Shown here one piece after another: positions 36,940 through 51,104 of a stretch of 64,000 nt of DNA. Every line of letters starts with the position of its first letter. The stretch's first letter is position 1. The notes beneath the pieces were generated by a model, which was not told where the DNA came from, ran no database searches, and saw only the letters and a list, made by a program, of their open reading frames with translations. Source of the DNA: Lama glama (taxonomy: Eukaryota); contig CM052817.1 of the NCBI GenBank assembly GCA_028534125.1, positions 86,120,001 to 86,184,000 of the forward strand, in the 5' to 3' direction. Made by a program: the position numbers and the translations under genes.

Positions 36940-38702
36940 ATACCTAAAATTGCAATTTAATTTCTCCTATTTACTGAGAATATTGAGATAATCTTAAAAG
37001 AACTACATTTCCCCATAATATTTCCAAATCCACCTGAATCTACATACACATAATCTACTTTTCTCCTGTTACTATGCATGAACTGTTAATCCATGTCATC
37101 TTATTTCAAAGTCTCATACTTCATCAGTTATTCTCTTCCTACAAAATCAATTTTCTTTTTGTCCTAAGTCATCACCATCAATATAAAAACTTGCCATAAT
37201 GTCTCCCACTGTAAAAGCAACAAAAAAAATTAATTAAAAAAATTCTCTCATTATCCATCCTTTTCCAGCTCATCTACATTTCTCTACTACACTTTGTTAA
37301 CTCCACTATCTCTCATTCAATTTTTGATCATATCTGAGGTAAGTATTTATCTTCAGTTAAATATATCTCTACTTTAGCAAATACTATACTGAATTCTCAG
37401 GACCTATCTAAATAAACCTATCAAGCTTCATGTTAAATTGATGATCTTTGCTTATTTCTTAACACTTTCTTCAACTGTCTTCTGAAATCTCAATCTGCTG
37501 TTATTTCATCATCAGTTCCTTCACCTTTAATCATTAGGGTATGCTAGGTTCAATTTTTTCGTATTTTATCTATTCTATATGCATTGATTTAATAGATGGT
37601 CTCAGTCAGTTGCATGCCTTTAAAAATGATTCCTCTACAATGGATAATCACAAATTTTTTTCATACACCCTGGACTTACACACTGAGCAACAGATACTAA
37701 TAATCAACCATCAATTGCTACTCCCCTCCACATGGGTATCAAAATGCATCTCCAACACTACAAATCCAAAACCAAACTTGTAATCTCCACATAAGCCCCA
37801 CACTTTAAATTACCTTAACACAATGCACAATTGTTGCTATTATCAATAAATGGAAAACTCACCCTTCTTATTGCTCTATTATTAAAATCATGGAGTTAAT
37901 TTTGTCTTTTTTTTTATTCTCTTACACCGCATAGCAATCCATTAGGTTCTTTGCTTAGCTTAGCTCTGAAATATATCAGGATAACTGTCCAGTTCTCACC
38001 TGTGACAATATGTCGATTTTTACCACTAGATGAAAGCAGCATTATTCTTGACTGGATAATTTTAATAGTCTCCATATCCACGTCCATATTTATAGCCTAT
38101 ACTAAATACAGCTCTCAAAGTGATATTTTTAACACATAAGCCAAATTGTTCCTCTGGTCCAAATCTTCCTTTTTTTTTTTTTAACATTTCACTTAAACTA
38201 AAATAGAATTCTTTAATAAGAGTTACAAGTTCCTAAATTATCAAGTCCTCTGTCCTGTTTGTGCCTTTTAAAACCATCCCTTCATCATCCCATTCTAGCC
38301 ATACCTATTTTGTGCATTTTTTTCATACATAAAGAACATTTCTCCCCCACAGCATAAGCATTTACCTTTTCCTCTGATCGATCACTCTTTTCAGATATGG
38401 TTTTGAGCTTATTTATATTCTTCAGATCTCCACTAAAATGACATTTAATCCTAAAAGCCCTCTCTGCCTTCCTTACATAAAATAGAAACCCTCCTCTTCC
38501 TACCTCCAGTGTAGCCCCCAGCTACTTTTCTGGTTTTATTTTCCCCACAGCATAGTTTAGCACCTGACAAAGGAGGTGTCTGTTGTCTGCTCCACAAAGA
38601 TTAGATCTTGTTTGTCTTATACCCTACTTTATCTTCAGGACCTGGAAGAATATCTGGCACACAGTTTGGATTCAATACATGTGAATTAATATTTAAATGA
38701 GT
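36940..38702 (+). mobile_element. L2 (L2a-like) 3' ~1.7 kb
   Basis: Pyrimidine-rich sense L2 motifs (ctccacatgggtatcaaaatgcatctccaac, tccaaaaccaaact, ccattctagccatac), ending tatctggcacacagtttggattcaatacatgtgaattaat. Confidence 0.8.
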
Positions 38703-40309
38703 AAATACTTAGTTGTGAATAAATAACTTCAAAATCTGTCTTTTAAATGCTTAAAATATAAGAATTATAAACGTCAAAAATATGATACTGTGAGAAATAA
38801 TGAGAAGGTGATAAAGAGGCAATCCAATGTCAGGAATGATTCCAGGTCCTCGCAGGGGTTCACTGGGCACCACAGAACAGCCAGATGTTATGAATATCAG
38901 CTCCTAGAAGGATGGTAGGTAGAGAAATGCCTAACATACCCCTTGATTCAAAATTTTGCATCGGGTATATTAAAAGAAATTAATATAAAATGTTACCACA
39001 GCAGAATCTCTCCCCCAAAAATCCTTCCTCAGAATTTTAGCTTAGATCAAAGCCAAGGCAGTTCTTGACATGAAACTGGCCTTTTATATACTTGATGATG
39101 TTTTCTTCAAATCCAAGATAAGTACATTAATAAAAATATTTTTTATCCTGTTCTGTTATTTGATCAGTAAAGATTATTTTTACTGTGATTTCACTTTATC
39201 ACTATTTTCCTAAGAATCTCTATCTATACCTACGTTAAATCACAGAGAACCTATTATTTTAAGACAGATGTCCTTTTATCTTCTAATTCTACTCCCAGTG
39301 CAGTGCTTTAGGTATCTATCCAATTATAAAAGTCTTAAAAAATTTACATATTTTATAATGCTTCAATCTGTGTATTTTGTTTTAATTTTTACAAGAAATA
39401 TCTTGAGAGACGTGATGCATAATATATTATGCAAAACCTGAAAAAAAAAACTTCAGTGATTTCTAGCATCAAAGGTCATTTATTCTACTGAGAGCTTAGT
39501 GACCTTTAAGTTAATTTCCAATTTTATGGATTTTTATAAATTACTTAGTAGTGTATATTATATGTTTGGAAAGCAGACCATGTAACTTTAAATTTTTCTC
39601 AAATCATTTTGTGAGTTATCAGATAAATAGTCACTTAAACAAATACATTTGTAATAGATGTTTATGTAGAAATAATGGAATAAGGAAAGTCCTTCTTATA
39701 ATGTTGAATAAAACACTGTTTTCCACAGTTAACCTATAGAGCAAATAAGCCTTTCAAAAACATTAACTGAAAAGTTCAGCAAGAACATAAAGTCTGTATT
39801 AAGTAAATGTTACAAGGATAAATAGAAGTGAAATATATGGGTTATTCACACTAAAAATGCAATGTCTGTATATGAATTATAGGAGCAATCACAACTACTA
39901 CAAACCTTGTACAATCTCACATGCACAGAAAGGTTTTGGAATTGTAATACCCTCGAAGGCATAATAACCATCAAAAGACATTTACTGAGTGCCTACTGTT
40001 TACTAGGCAGTATGCTATGGGCTACTATGGTACGCCTTAATGGTAGTTAGGGTCACTTTAGTGCTTGAAAATGTACTTTGGTGGATATCACCAGCCCTTA
40101 CTGAAAAATCATTCCTTTTTTCTCTCTTGAGGAATTTAAGTTAACTGCTTGATTTAATGTATGTAGACTCATCACACACACACACAGACACATACACACA
40201 CACAAATGTATACATATATGGCAATATCAAAACACCATACCTATTAAGAGGGAAAAAACATGCTTTTTTTTTTTTTCTCCTTAAAATGTCATTGTTAGCA
40301 ATGACTGAG

Positions 40310-40428
40310 GGATTTGGAGTCTGAGTGCCTTAATTTTCAATCCCAGTTCAGTTCTTATAAAGCTGTAGGGTCCTTACAAGTTATTTCACCTCTCTGGATT
40401 TACATTTTCTCCTCTGTAAAATGACAAC
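40310..40428 (+). mobile_element. MIR SINE fragment
   Basis: tttggagtctgag...aatcccagttc...caagttatttcacctctctggatttacattttctcctctgtaaaatg. Confidence 0.75.
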
Positions 40429-40429
40429 G

Positions 40430-40826
40430 GAAGGCAAAAGCAGAAGACGGGAGGGCAGGACTAGGTGAGGAGGTGGCCAATTCTCCTGTTTTTTCCTTCT
40501 ATTTTTGTTTTGTTTTGTTTGTTTCTAATGGTATCTCTGTCAGAGATCAAGGTTTCTCCCTGGCCCCACCTCTCACTCGGCAGCTTTTCTATCATGAAAT
40601 GGCTCCTCACCCTGGCCCTGGACCACTATTTTCCTCCACTGTCTCTCCATCTCCTAGAGAAGGGTTGGCTCCCTGCTGGTACTAATCACTGGACTTTATC
40701 ACATCTCTGGTTTTTTGTTTCTCAGCTCTTTTAACCACTTGCATAACTTTATCTCTGTATTGAAATGAAACTGTTTTTAAGACCTACACTAATTTCTCTT
40801 TTACTGGATATACTCTGAATGATATA
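40430..40826 (+). mobile_element. ERVL LTR fragment (LTR33-like)
   Basis: ccctgctggtactaatcactggac and a terminal tttctcttttactggatatactctgaatgatata resemble the LTR33-group 3' end. Confidence 0.5.
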
Positions 40827-41023
40827 GTGACTGTCTCACAAGATAAGTAGAGCTAAGTGGATTTGAAAGCTTAGCAGTTTGCAGGGCACAGATGAAACTG
40901 GCAATAAATATTCGCTCTAAGTAAAAAATGAAAAAAAAATAGAATTACAACTCTTTCACTTTGTCATTGACTTCAGAGCAAAATGAATCAGCAGTTTGCA
41001 AACTAAGGGTGAATATATGCAAG

Positions 41024-41760
41024 GTTATTCAACAAATATTTATTAACCACTTACTCTAAGCCAGAAGTGAAACAGTGAGCAAAGAGAAAAATAAAAGTTC
41101 TTAACTAAAGAACTTTCACTCTTTCTTTGGGGGGAAGAAGGTATTTTAAGAAAAATGCAGTATTTACGATGCTGTTAAGTTCTAGAGAGAAACAGGCCAG
41201 CAGGTGGTCAGGGAGGTTTCCTCTGAAGCGGTGTCAGCTAAGCAGGCCCAAAAGCAAGGGAGGGTGTAGTGCCAGTGTCTACAGGCCTTGCTTTTCTGCA
41301 GACACAAGGGCCAAGCGAAGTTTCTAATCTGGGAGAAGCTTGGCGTTTTGAAGGAGTGTCAGAAGGATCCTGAGGAGAGAGTAACCAGAGCAATGAGGGC
41401 TGTGGTAAGAGAAAGAGTGAGGGGCCGGCTAACAGGGGATGTGACGATGTGGAGGTTCACCCGCAGTGGCGGAGTTTTAGGTTTTCCTCTGAGAAAGGGA
41501 GCTCTCAGGAAGCAATCAGCAATAGTGTGATGTCATTTGATCTATGTTTTAAGAAGATCACTCTGTCTACTGGATGGAAGATGGCCTCTAGGAGACAAGG
41601 TGAGAAATGGGCTGATCATTGATGAAGCTTTTACAATGATCCAAGGGCCATGATGGCTGCCTGGAGGTAGCTGGTAGTGACAGTCACCTGGTAGATCTCA
41701 AAGGTAGGTGCTCATGGACTGGATGTTGTGTGTGAGAGAAGTCACCAAGTGCTGTACTCC
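41024..41760 (-). mobile_element. L2 3' end, antisense
   Basis: ttattcaacaaatatttattaaccacttactctaagccag (L2 tail) and tttaagaagatcactctgtctactggatggaag. Confidence 0.8.
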
Positions 41761-42827
41761 TTGAGTCAAAATTGAGAAGTCAAAGTAACAAGTCCACATC
41801 ACTGGCTGATTATGTTCAAAAACAAAAGAAAAACTAGTTTTTGCAGGGCTGGAAGCTGTCAATCAGCTAATAAGCTATTTCTTAATGGAATGAATGAGAA
41901 AGGAGGTGACACAAGAGTGTCCTTTCACTTAGAAAGCCAGTGGAAATGTCTTTCCAGCACTGAAGCCAACAGTGACATGAACAAGTTTAAAAAGCCATTT
42001 GATAATGGTGCTGAGATATGAACTATACTATCCGGTTGCACAGCTCAAAATGCAATCATCGTACTAAACCCCCAACCTTTCTCAAGACCTCTGTAAGCTA
42101 CCAGTTTGAATTTAGAAAACCTGGGGTTTTAGAAACAAATTGTTAAGTCTGTGGGTATCACTTGTTCCTACCATCACTAATTTTTGCACTATGCTTTATC
42201 ATTCAATATTATATGCACAATTTTTCATTAATTCATTTATATTTATTACCATTTATTTTATTCAATACTCAATAATGGTGGTATATGTTTCACTTTTTTT
42301 CTGAGATTTAATATAGAAGCTGAAAATTTTGTTGCCACCTTTTCTTTTACTTGAATTTATATTGTTTTGGTCTTTAATTTTGATTTTTCTAAAACTTAAG
42401 ATTTCTCTCCTCTCCCCACTATCAGTCACTAAAAAAATGTATCCAAGTATGCCAAAGTATATCAACAGTTAATGAATGTATTTTAAGTGTAGTCATAAAT
42501 TTTAGGATACATTTTTGAAATAGTCAATTTATCATGATTAGTAATATACATTTTAGTTATATGAATAGAAGCAGATAAATATGGGTTTTGCCAGCCCAGT
42601 ATAAAATTTACCCTAAATTCTAAATCTAAAAACTATTTTATAAATCACTCATGACCAGAAGAGTTCTATTTGATTTTTTCATAGGGCCATATTCATGTTG
42701 CCTTTAAACTTTTTTTCAGAGATTTTTCCTAATCTCTTTCATAGCATACATGCTGCTGAGTCCACTCTTCAGCATGAGGCAGTAATTAGGATGCTCATTA
42801 TTGAAATTTAAGGAATAATTTCTGAAG

Positions 42828-43308
42828 AGACAAAGATTCTTTTCTTGACCAAATTTTAGGCTCCTCTGACCCCCTTTTTGACTCGGTCTCATCTCTGGGC
42901 AGTATCTCTGCCTGCCTAGTCCAATTGTAGCAAGAATCCTGCTAAATCAGTTTAGGGAATTAAACCCATTCTTGATATCTGATCTCTTATGATAGCTGAT
43001 CAAATTACTCATCTCCTACCTTTGATATCTGGTCACACTGGCCTGCCTTCAGCAAGAATCCTGTTCAGTCAGTTTAACAAAATTACCCTATCCTTTTATG
43101 TCTCCTCTTAGTAATCTTCCATCCGCTGATGACATCCCCTGACCCCGACCTCTGTTCCTTTTCTATACATCCCCAGCTATCTTTGCTGAGTTCAGGGTTG
43201 AACCTAATCTCTCTCCCCTATTACGATAATATTGTCACCTATCACAATAGTCCTAAATAAAGTCTTTCTTATGGTTTTAAGAAGTATCAGAATAATTTTT
43301 CTTTAACA
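42828..43308 (+). mobile_element. ERV1 solo LTR, MER31-like
   Basis: gacaaagattcttttcttgaccaaattttaggctcctctga, a duplicated agcaagaatcctg motif, aataaagtc and end ttttctttaaca. Flanks gaag/gaac form an imperfect 4-bp TSD. Confidence 0.85.
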
Positions 43309-43772
43309 GAACTACCAGTTTCTAGTTTACTATTGAAGTAGAACTACTCAATAAGACCTGCAGATTTTTTTTCTCGATTACAATTCACTCTCATATTGTA
43401 AAAACATAACTACTTTGTATGCATCTTTTTCATACAACAACTTTCCATTTATTTGCCTAGGAATTTGTTTGAGTTGGAAATTTTACTTTTTAAATGTGTA
43501 TAAAATTAAATAAGATTGGAATGCTGGAAATAGACCCCATGAAATATAAAACTGTCAAAATTAGTTAACTTTATTCTGTCTCAATGCACCACATTGTTAA
43601 TGAAGCGACTTCTAAACATCATCATCGTTGATTAAAAAGTCATGAGCTAAAGTAATCACGAGTTAATGGAAAAGAACAACTAAAGTATTGGTCAGGTACA
43701 TGTATGTCTATGCTAACTTTAAATGAAATAACAAAAGAAAAGAATACATATTATTTTAAAAATTCCATTCTT

Positions 43773-43913
43773 GGGGGAGGGTATAGCTCAAGTGGTAGAG
43801 TGCATGCTTAGCATGCACGAGGTCCTGGGTTCAATTCCCAGCACCTCCTCTAAGAATAAATAAATCTAATTACCTACCCACCCAATCCCAAAAAACCTAA
43901 ATAAGTTACTCTT
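43773..43913 (+). mobile_element. tRNA-Ala(AGC)-derived SINE (camelid vic-1-like)
   Basis: Head gggggagggtatagctcaagtggtagagtgcatgcttagcatgcacgaggtcctgggttcaattcccagcacctcc has A and B boxes and an AGC anticodon (43810-43812), followed by a non-tRNA A-rich tail. Flanking direct repeat ttaaaaattccattctt at 43756-43772 and 43912-43928 includes a TT/AAAA L1 endonuclease site. Confidence 0.9.
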
Positions 43914-46754
43914 AAAAATTCCATTCTTAATAAAAAAACTTACAATAACTACCCACTGTCCATACCAATAGTCAGAGCAACAACATAGAGTTAACATGTT
44001 AATGCAATATTTCATTTCATAAAAATTGTATTTTAAAACTGAACTGTTGAGTTTTAAGTTTCTTAAATGTTTGAGTATTTAAAATTTAAGAGCATATAAA
44101 ATCTTAGAAAGGTACTTTCATTAATAAAATATTCAAGATATGGTAAATTATGCATGATGATTTAATATATGCAAATTGACAAGTGATATGAATAGTAAAT
44201 TTGAATAGGAAAATATGTACATAAATGAATGGTATTTCAGAATCTAAGCAAATTGATGACTGCATTATGTACTTGTCCCCAAGGTAAATGAAATATTAAT
44301 TAGAAAATATTTTTTTCCATTAAAGGGCCAATAAGAGGGTATGAAGCAAAATTACTAGTTTTCCTTTTTTCTTATCTTTAAGAATTTTGTTCAATATAGT
44401 CTCACCTTAATGCTTTAATGTTATTTTTCAGCATATTGCTGCTCTTATACTGATCTTGCTTAATGCTTAATATAAAAAGAATAATGATATTATACCTAAT
44501 CCTTGAGAATTTGGTGGTACAATTTCTGTTTATTCTTACTTCTATCCTTAAAAGTCATTGCTGCTAATATTACTAGAGATTCTTCCATAGGGTGAACATG
44601 CTTTCTGTATAACTTTTTTGATATAAGGCAGCTAACAATTCTCACTGGATATAAAATAGAAATAAAGATATCTATTTCCATTTTAAAATGCTTTCTAACT
44701 TTAACTGCATTGTTTTATATATTTGATTTGATGAATTGCAAATTAAGTCAGTTGTATAATTTGATCAGAGCTTTGACACTCTGAAAAGTATTTTTTAAAA
44801 AGTAAATTTTCTAAAATACCATCAATAGGCATCAGGCCGTTACAACAATTGAAATATTTAAATTTAGAACTCTTTCTGATGGTGAGTGAATATTTGTTGC
44901 TTATCTGGTGCCTTGGCCTAATTCTATAATTGAAATGAGAACCACCCAACTTTATTGGTCACCTTTGTTATGCTCTGCAGCTTTGGAAATATTATGGAGT
45001 GCTCCAAATTCATATGAAATAAGAACACTGAAAGTGTAGCTCACTGATTTAGGATTTTGCTCCAGAGCTCTTCCTAAAGAGATATGGAGATTTGGGAAAT
45101 CACTTTTTTTTTTTCTATTTTCCTCTTTTCAGTATCATTACTCAGAAATCAGGTTAAAATGAGTAGAAAAATGAGAAGCTTTCATTGTAAACTAGCTAAA
45201 ATAAAACACTATGAAATGTGCAGGAGAAAGGGATAATTTAATTAATTTATTTATTTACTTAACTACAAATAGTTTCATTGCTTTAAATTTATAATAAGTT
45301 CAACTACAGATGTTTTAAGTCTCTCTCATTTAGTGTTGTCTACATAAACGTTTCTTCCAGGTTACCTCTCCGGGTCTCTGCTTAACTCAAATAATCATTA
45401 ACAGACTAACCAGATTCATCCCACTAAGCACTTGCTTAGAATAAGAAACATAAATTTTGCTATTAACACTATGTCAAAAAATTATAATTTTCCATCTAAT
45501 GGGATCAAATGCCAAAATTTTCTCTTTCGGATGATAAATGCCACTTATCCTTATATCATTGAGATTGAGAGTAATCAGAAAGTGTAGAAAAGAAATTTTG
45601 ACAATTTAAGATAAAATGATTCTTTTTTGTATTATGCACACTTTATACTCAGAAGTATATATTTTATAAAATTATAAAAATTTATAAACATCCAATCTAT
45701 ATTAAGGTTCGAACATATTTTTAATAGAATTCCAGTTCTCCTCTATTAGTTACTGATGTTTTGTTTAGAAACTATATATATACATATACACACACACACA
45801 TACATACACACACATATGTAGCTTTATTTAACTTTTCATTTTTATTTATTTTTTTCTATTGGTAAAATATTTACTTGGGCTTGGGGAAGTTATGACCATT
45901 ATTTTTCTCTGTTGTGTTTTCTTCAAAATTTATAATCAATCTTCCCAAGTTTTAATTAGCAATTCCACTCACTTTACATGTTACCTTTAGTGGTGTGAAA
46001 GTTCCTGAAGCAAAAACTGTAAATTAGATTTAAATATTTCATGTTTAAGATAGATGTTCCAAAAACTACCTTATCCTCCATTATTATATAACTGGTATTC
46101 TAAATATCACATCTTTACATGGCTTGACTGTTCTTTTCTAATTTGACTTTTAAAGCATATGAAATGTTTTGAATCAGAGAAATCATATGATTCAAATCAC
46201 TCGTAGACATGCTACATGGCATTTGCTAAACAGTGCTAATAGCAGAAAAAGCTGACAAATAGTAAAGATAGTTTTCAAGTGTTTTAAATGCTCAGTATAA
46301 AAATTTACTTTTAGTATACACTGCAATAATCAAGAAAGCCTAAATTAGAGAAAATATCACTGAAATAGGTTGAAACTAATAAAAAAGAAATGGGAAACAC
46401 TTTGAACTATCATTATTTATGATAATTATTAAGTATATATAATACAGGACAGTGAAGTCACACACTGTGCCTAAAGATACTGACAGTCTTCTATTGTAGG
46501 CAAAAAATTAAAATGCTAATTAGCTGGTAGAGATGAACTTTTCAATCCATAAGCCATAAACACGTGTCCATAGTAGCTTTGATAAGGTTATTCTAAAACT
46601 AAAAAAAAAAAAAAAAAAAAAGGTTTTTACACTAAAAGATGAGAAAATTTTCCAAACTTAACCTTACAGTTGCATCAAAATGCTAGAATGTTTTCCCAAG
46701 AAATAAGTTAGTTCAATTATAAAACGCAATGGAGGAAAGAATTTTTAAAATATT

Positions 46755-48290
46755 TAAAGTCAGATTTATACTCTAAAAATGATAAAATATAGATGAAGAA
46801 ATTTGAAAATGATATAAACAAATGGTAAGATATCCCACATTCTTAAAATGGCCATCCTACCCAAAGCAATCTAGAGATTTAATGTAATCCTTTTCAAAAT
46901 ACCTGTCACATTTTTCACAGAACTAGAACAAATGATCCTAAAATTAAATGGAAGCACAAAAGACATCAAGTTGCCAAAGCAATCTTGAGAAAAAAGAACA
47001 AAGCTATAGGTGTCATGCTCCCTGACTTCAGACTATATTACAAAGCTATGGTAATTAAAATAGCATGGTACTGTCATAAAACAAATAGACACATACATCA
47101 ATGGAACAGAATAGAAAGCCCAGAAGTAAACCCAAGCCCTTATGGACAATAATCTATGTCAAAGGAAGTAAGAGTATACAAAAGAGAAAAGACAGTCTCT
47201 TCAGTAAGTGATGCTGGGAAAACTAGTGAGAAACGTGTAAAATGAGATTACAACATTTTCTCACATCAAATACAAAAATAACCTCAAAATGGATTAAAAA
47301 GACCAAAATGTAAGACTTGAAACAAATAAACTCTTAGAAGAGAACATAGGCAGAACACCCTTTGACATAAATTGTAGCAATATTTTTTAGATCTGTCTTC
47401 TAAGGCAAAAATAAACAAACAAACAAACAAATAAATAAATAAATTAAAGCAAAACTAAACAAATGGGATGTAATTAAACTTAAATGTTTCTGCACAGCAA
47501 AGGAAATCATCAATAAATGAAACAAAATGAAAAGACAACCGACTGGATGGAAGAATATATTTGCAAATGATATGACCAATAAGAGGTTAATATCCAAAAT
47601 ATATGAACAGCTCATACAATTCCATATCAAACAAAGAACCCAATTTAAAAAATGGGCAGAAGATCTGAAGACATTTCTCCAAAGAAGATACATTAAAAAA
47701 ACACATAAAATTGCTAATCATCATAGAAACACAAATCAAAAACACAGTGAAATATCACTTCACACCTGTCCAATTAGCTATTATTAAAAAGTCTATAAAT
47801 AACAATGTTGGAGGAGATATAGAGAAAAGGGAACCTTAGTACACTGTAGATGGAATTGTATGCTGCTGCAGCCACCATGGGAAAGCGTATGGAGATCTCT
47901 CAAAGACTAAAAGTCAAAACTACTACATGATCCACCAATTCCCCTGCTGGGTATATATCTGAAGAAAATGAAAACACTAACATTTAAAGATTCATACATC
48001 CCCCCAACATGCATAGCAACATTATTTACAATAGCCAAGACATGGAAGCAACCCAAGTGTCCATGAACAGATGAAAGAATAAAGATGTGATAAGAAACAG
48101 ACTCATAAATATAGAGAACAAACTTGTGATTATCAGTGGGGAGAAGAAATGGGGGACAGGCGAGACAGGGGTATGGGATTAAGAGACACAAACTACTAAG
48201 TATAAAATAAATAAGCATCAGGATATATTGTACAGCACAGGGAAATACAGCCATTACTTGATAAATAACTTCTAAAATTTCAGTAAAATA
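46755..48290 (+). mobile_element. Younger cetartiodactyl-type L1, ORF2 3' part and 3' UTR, with internal deletions
   Basis: ORF 47527-47787 (MKRQPTGWKNIFANDMTNKRLISKIYEQLIQ) is L1 ORF2. 3' UTR motifs include gaaacagactcataaatatagagaacaaacttgtg and ggatatattgtacagcacagggaaatacagcc. Confidence 0.92.
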
Positions 48291-51104
48291 AAACAAAATA
48301 CACTCACACAAAGTGGCAGTTATTAACATGCACATATCATGCTTACCTTCTTTGACCTCACAGTACATCTTAAGAAGCCAACTTTAAGAAAGTAAACAAA
48401 TACTTTAGTTCAAAATAGACATTTTCAGTAAATGTAATAATTATGTTACCCAGACAAAAACAACACAAAAAAGAAAAAAGAAAAATAAAAGCAGATGGAG
48501 AGACACTCTTAAATAAAAGCATAAGGAAATATTTACCTTAGAGTTAAATATTGTGAGGAGCAAAACAGGTGAAATCTGGAGGATTAATGTTTACAGCAGG
48601 AAAAAACAAAAAACAAAACAAAACAAAAAGCCCAGAAAATGCAAAAAACAGAGAATGATGTCAGGGTTTAGAGTGAAAAAAGTCAGTAATGAATTGAAGC
48701 AAGGATATTTGAGAGAATGTTTAGAGGAAATGTGGAAGATAGAAAAGAATTCCCAATCAGTGATTGGGCATTACAGAGAACAGACTTCTTTGAAAAGGAG
48801 TAGAAAAAAGGCAACTGTGAGCTCAGATTCAAAGGTGTGCACACCATTATAGAGAAAATACTGAAGAGATAATAAAGAAGAACTCTTCAAGTAGAGAGCC
48901 AACCAACACAGCCTGCCAGACTCTTTCAATGGACGGTTGGAAAACAAATGTTCTTTAAGTTGTTTGGAAATCAAATGACAAAGTAATTGCTTGCTTTACA
49001 GATTCAGGAACATTTTTGTAAATGATAATACAGCTGTTCTATCAAATTATCTTGCCTTCATTTTCAAAATTTTTGGAAGAGTAAGCTATACTCCTATCCT
49101 TGAATTTCTGATTGTCGACTCATTTGTTTGTTAATAGTTTTCTGTTTATTTTTTAAAATGATAGATGTTCATATTGCAACAATTTCTCAAAATAATCTTT
49201 CAAGCTGCAATGATGTGTTTATGTGAAGATACACAAATACTCTGGTGACTCACTTGAAGATTAGTGGCATGTGCTGTGTGATGGGGGAAAATGTGCTTGC
49301 ATGAGACATTGCATCTATGAATTCAACCGGACAGTATGGGAAATACCTATATTGAAAAAAATTTTTTAAGTTAAATTCTGTCAGGAAAACAATAAACATA
49401 TGAGCAAGAAAATGAAAAAGATGCAGTGGTGCTTCCTTCCTATTTTAGGAAAAAGGATTTCTAATGAACAAACATTGTCTTTCTCATATATTTCCTACAA
49501 TTGATAAAATAATAGGGATCAGCAACTTTACTGGTGTACATCTCCACCAGGGTATGATTTTTCATTTCAGTTGTCAAAATAGACAAGAGATTACTTTTAC
49601 CATGCAAAGAAATTAATGGGTGATCAGCCCATTTTCTGCAGTTCCATCTCTTGTTTTCAGTATCATTCCAATTTTGCATCTAATTTTTATCTCTGCTCTA
49701 TTTTTTTCTACATCCATAACTCTTCTCTGTACTGAACTCATAATTATCTTGTCATTCACAAAATGTTTAACTCCATGTTACCAAAGATGCCCAAGAAAAT
49801 GAAGCATATTCTACTACATGAATGGGCCAACATAAACAACTTGCTTGACTGTTAATCCATTTAGATGTGAAACAGCATGTTCTCATTTTTCATCAAATGT
49901 CATATGAACACATTCTGATTTTTATAACTGAAGAACTCTAGAAAAATATAAAAATTTTGTTGGAAAGTATTATTTTCACAATCTCCCAATGACTTTAAAT
50001 TTTATCTTTGAAAATATTTTCTACAAGATATAAAAATAATCTTAAATATCTCTGATGTTAGATTGCTAGATTTAATCTACATAATTCTGAACCTTTGATT
50101 TTTGGATATGTGTACCACTTTGTAAATTCCAATGCACTAAACAATAGAAAATAACTATCCGGATTCTATTTGCTTTTTTAATAAATTACAAAATTAGGAA
50201 ACACTCTATAGACACTTGCATCATTTAGGGTAAGAAAGGTAGCTATATAATTAACTAGGAAAGCCTAAAAATATACTTCTATTTTACAATTTGAGACAAC
50301 AATACACCATTTATATTATTGATACTAAGACAACCTAAGAAAGGATCACAGAAATCTACTAATTTTAATAAAATAATATAAATAAAATAATAATATTTGA
50401 GTACTACTGTATATGACAGTTTCAGTGATAATGGCTTTCAAAATGGTTGCAATAATTCATGCTTTAATTGCCAATCAAGAGCAATACAAACCTGCATTTT
50501 TTAGCTATTTATCAATAAAGTTATATTGAATATCATCTTACCTGGGTAATGTTATTTTAATATATACTATTTCCATGATTTTACCTTATGTGTTCTAATA
50601 CAAAATATATTTAGCTGTCTCAAATAAAGACTCCCCAGAAAGCTCAATATATAAAATAATTCAACAATATGGGGTAGAACTTTTTTATTTTAAAATACAT
50701 AACATTGAACTATCTTGATATTGGACTACTGTGGATGTATTTCATCAGTTATTAACATTCCACTTTCAGGTTAATATAAAGTCATCAAAAATTTGAAGTA
50801 CTCCTGACCCTTTTCCCAATGTGTAAATTAGTAATATAATGGCAATACTCAGACAGGCAAATATAGACTAAGCTCCCTTTGATGAAAACAACGTGAGGTA
50901 AGGCTTCCCTACTGAGAATCATCTTAGTTTGTGAAATAGTAATTTGGAATAGCTATATCTGCTAAGTATATTGAAAGAAAGAAAATGTGGAAAACATAAT
51001 CTGCAACATCTTTATGTATATTAATCATTCTATATATCTTTTTTGTCACACAGTTTGAAATAATATAGTTTGAAATTTTATTTCCAATTATAAAATTATA
51101 ATTA

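Noticed and set aside
43773..43848. Functional tRNA-Ala gene
   Set aside because: It has a flanking TSD and a SINE-type tail, lacks an immediate oligo-T terminator, and has an altered acceptor-stem 5' end. It is a SINE.
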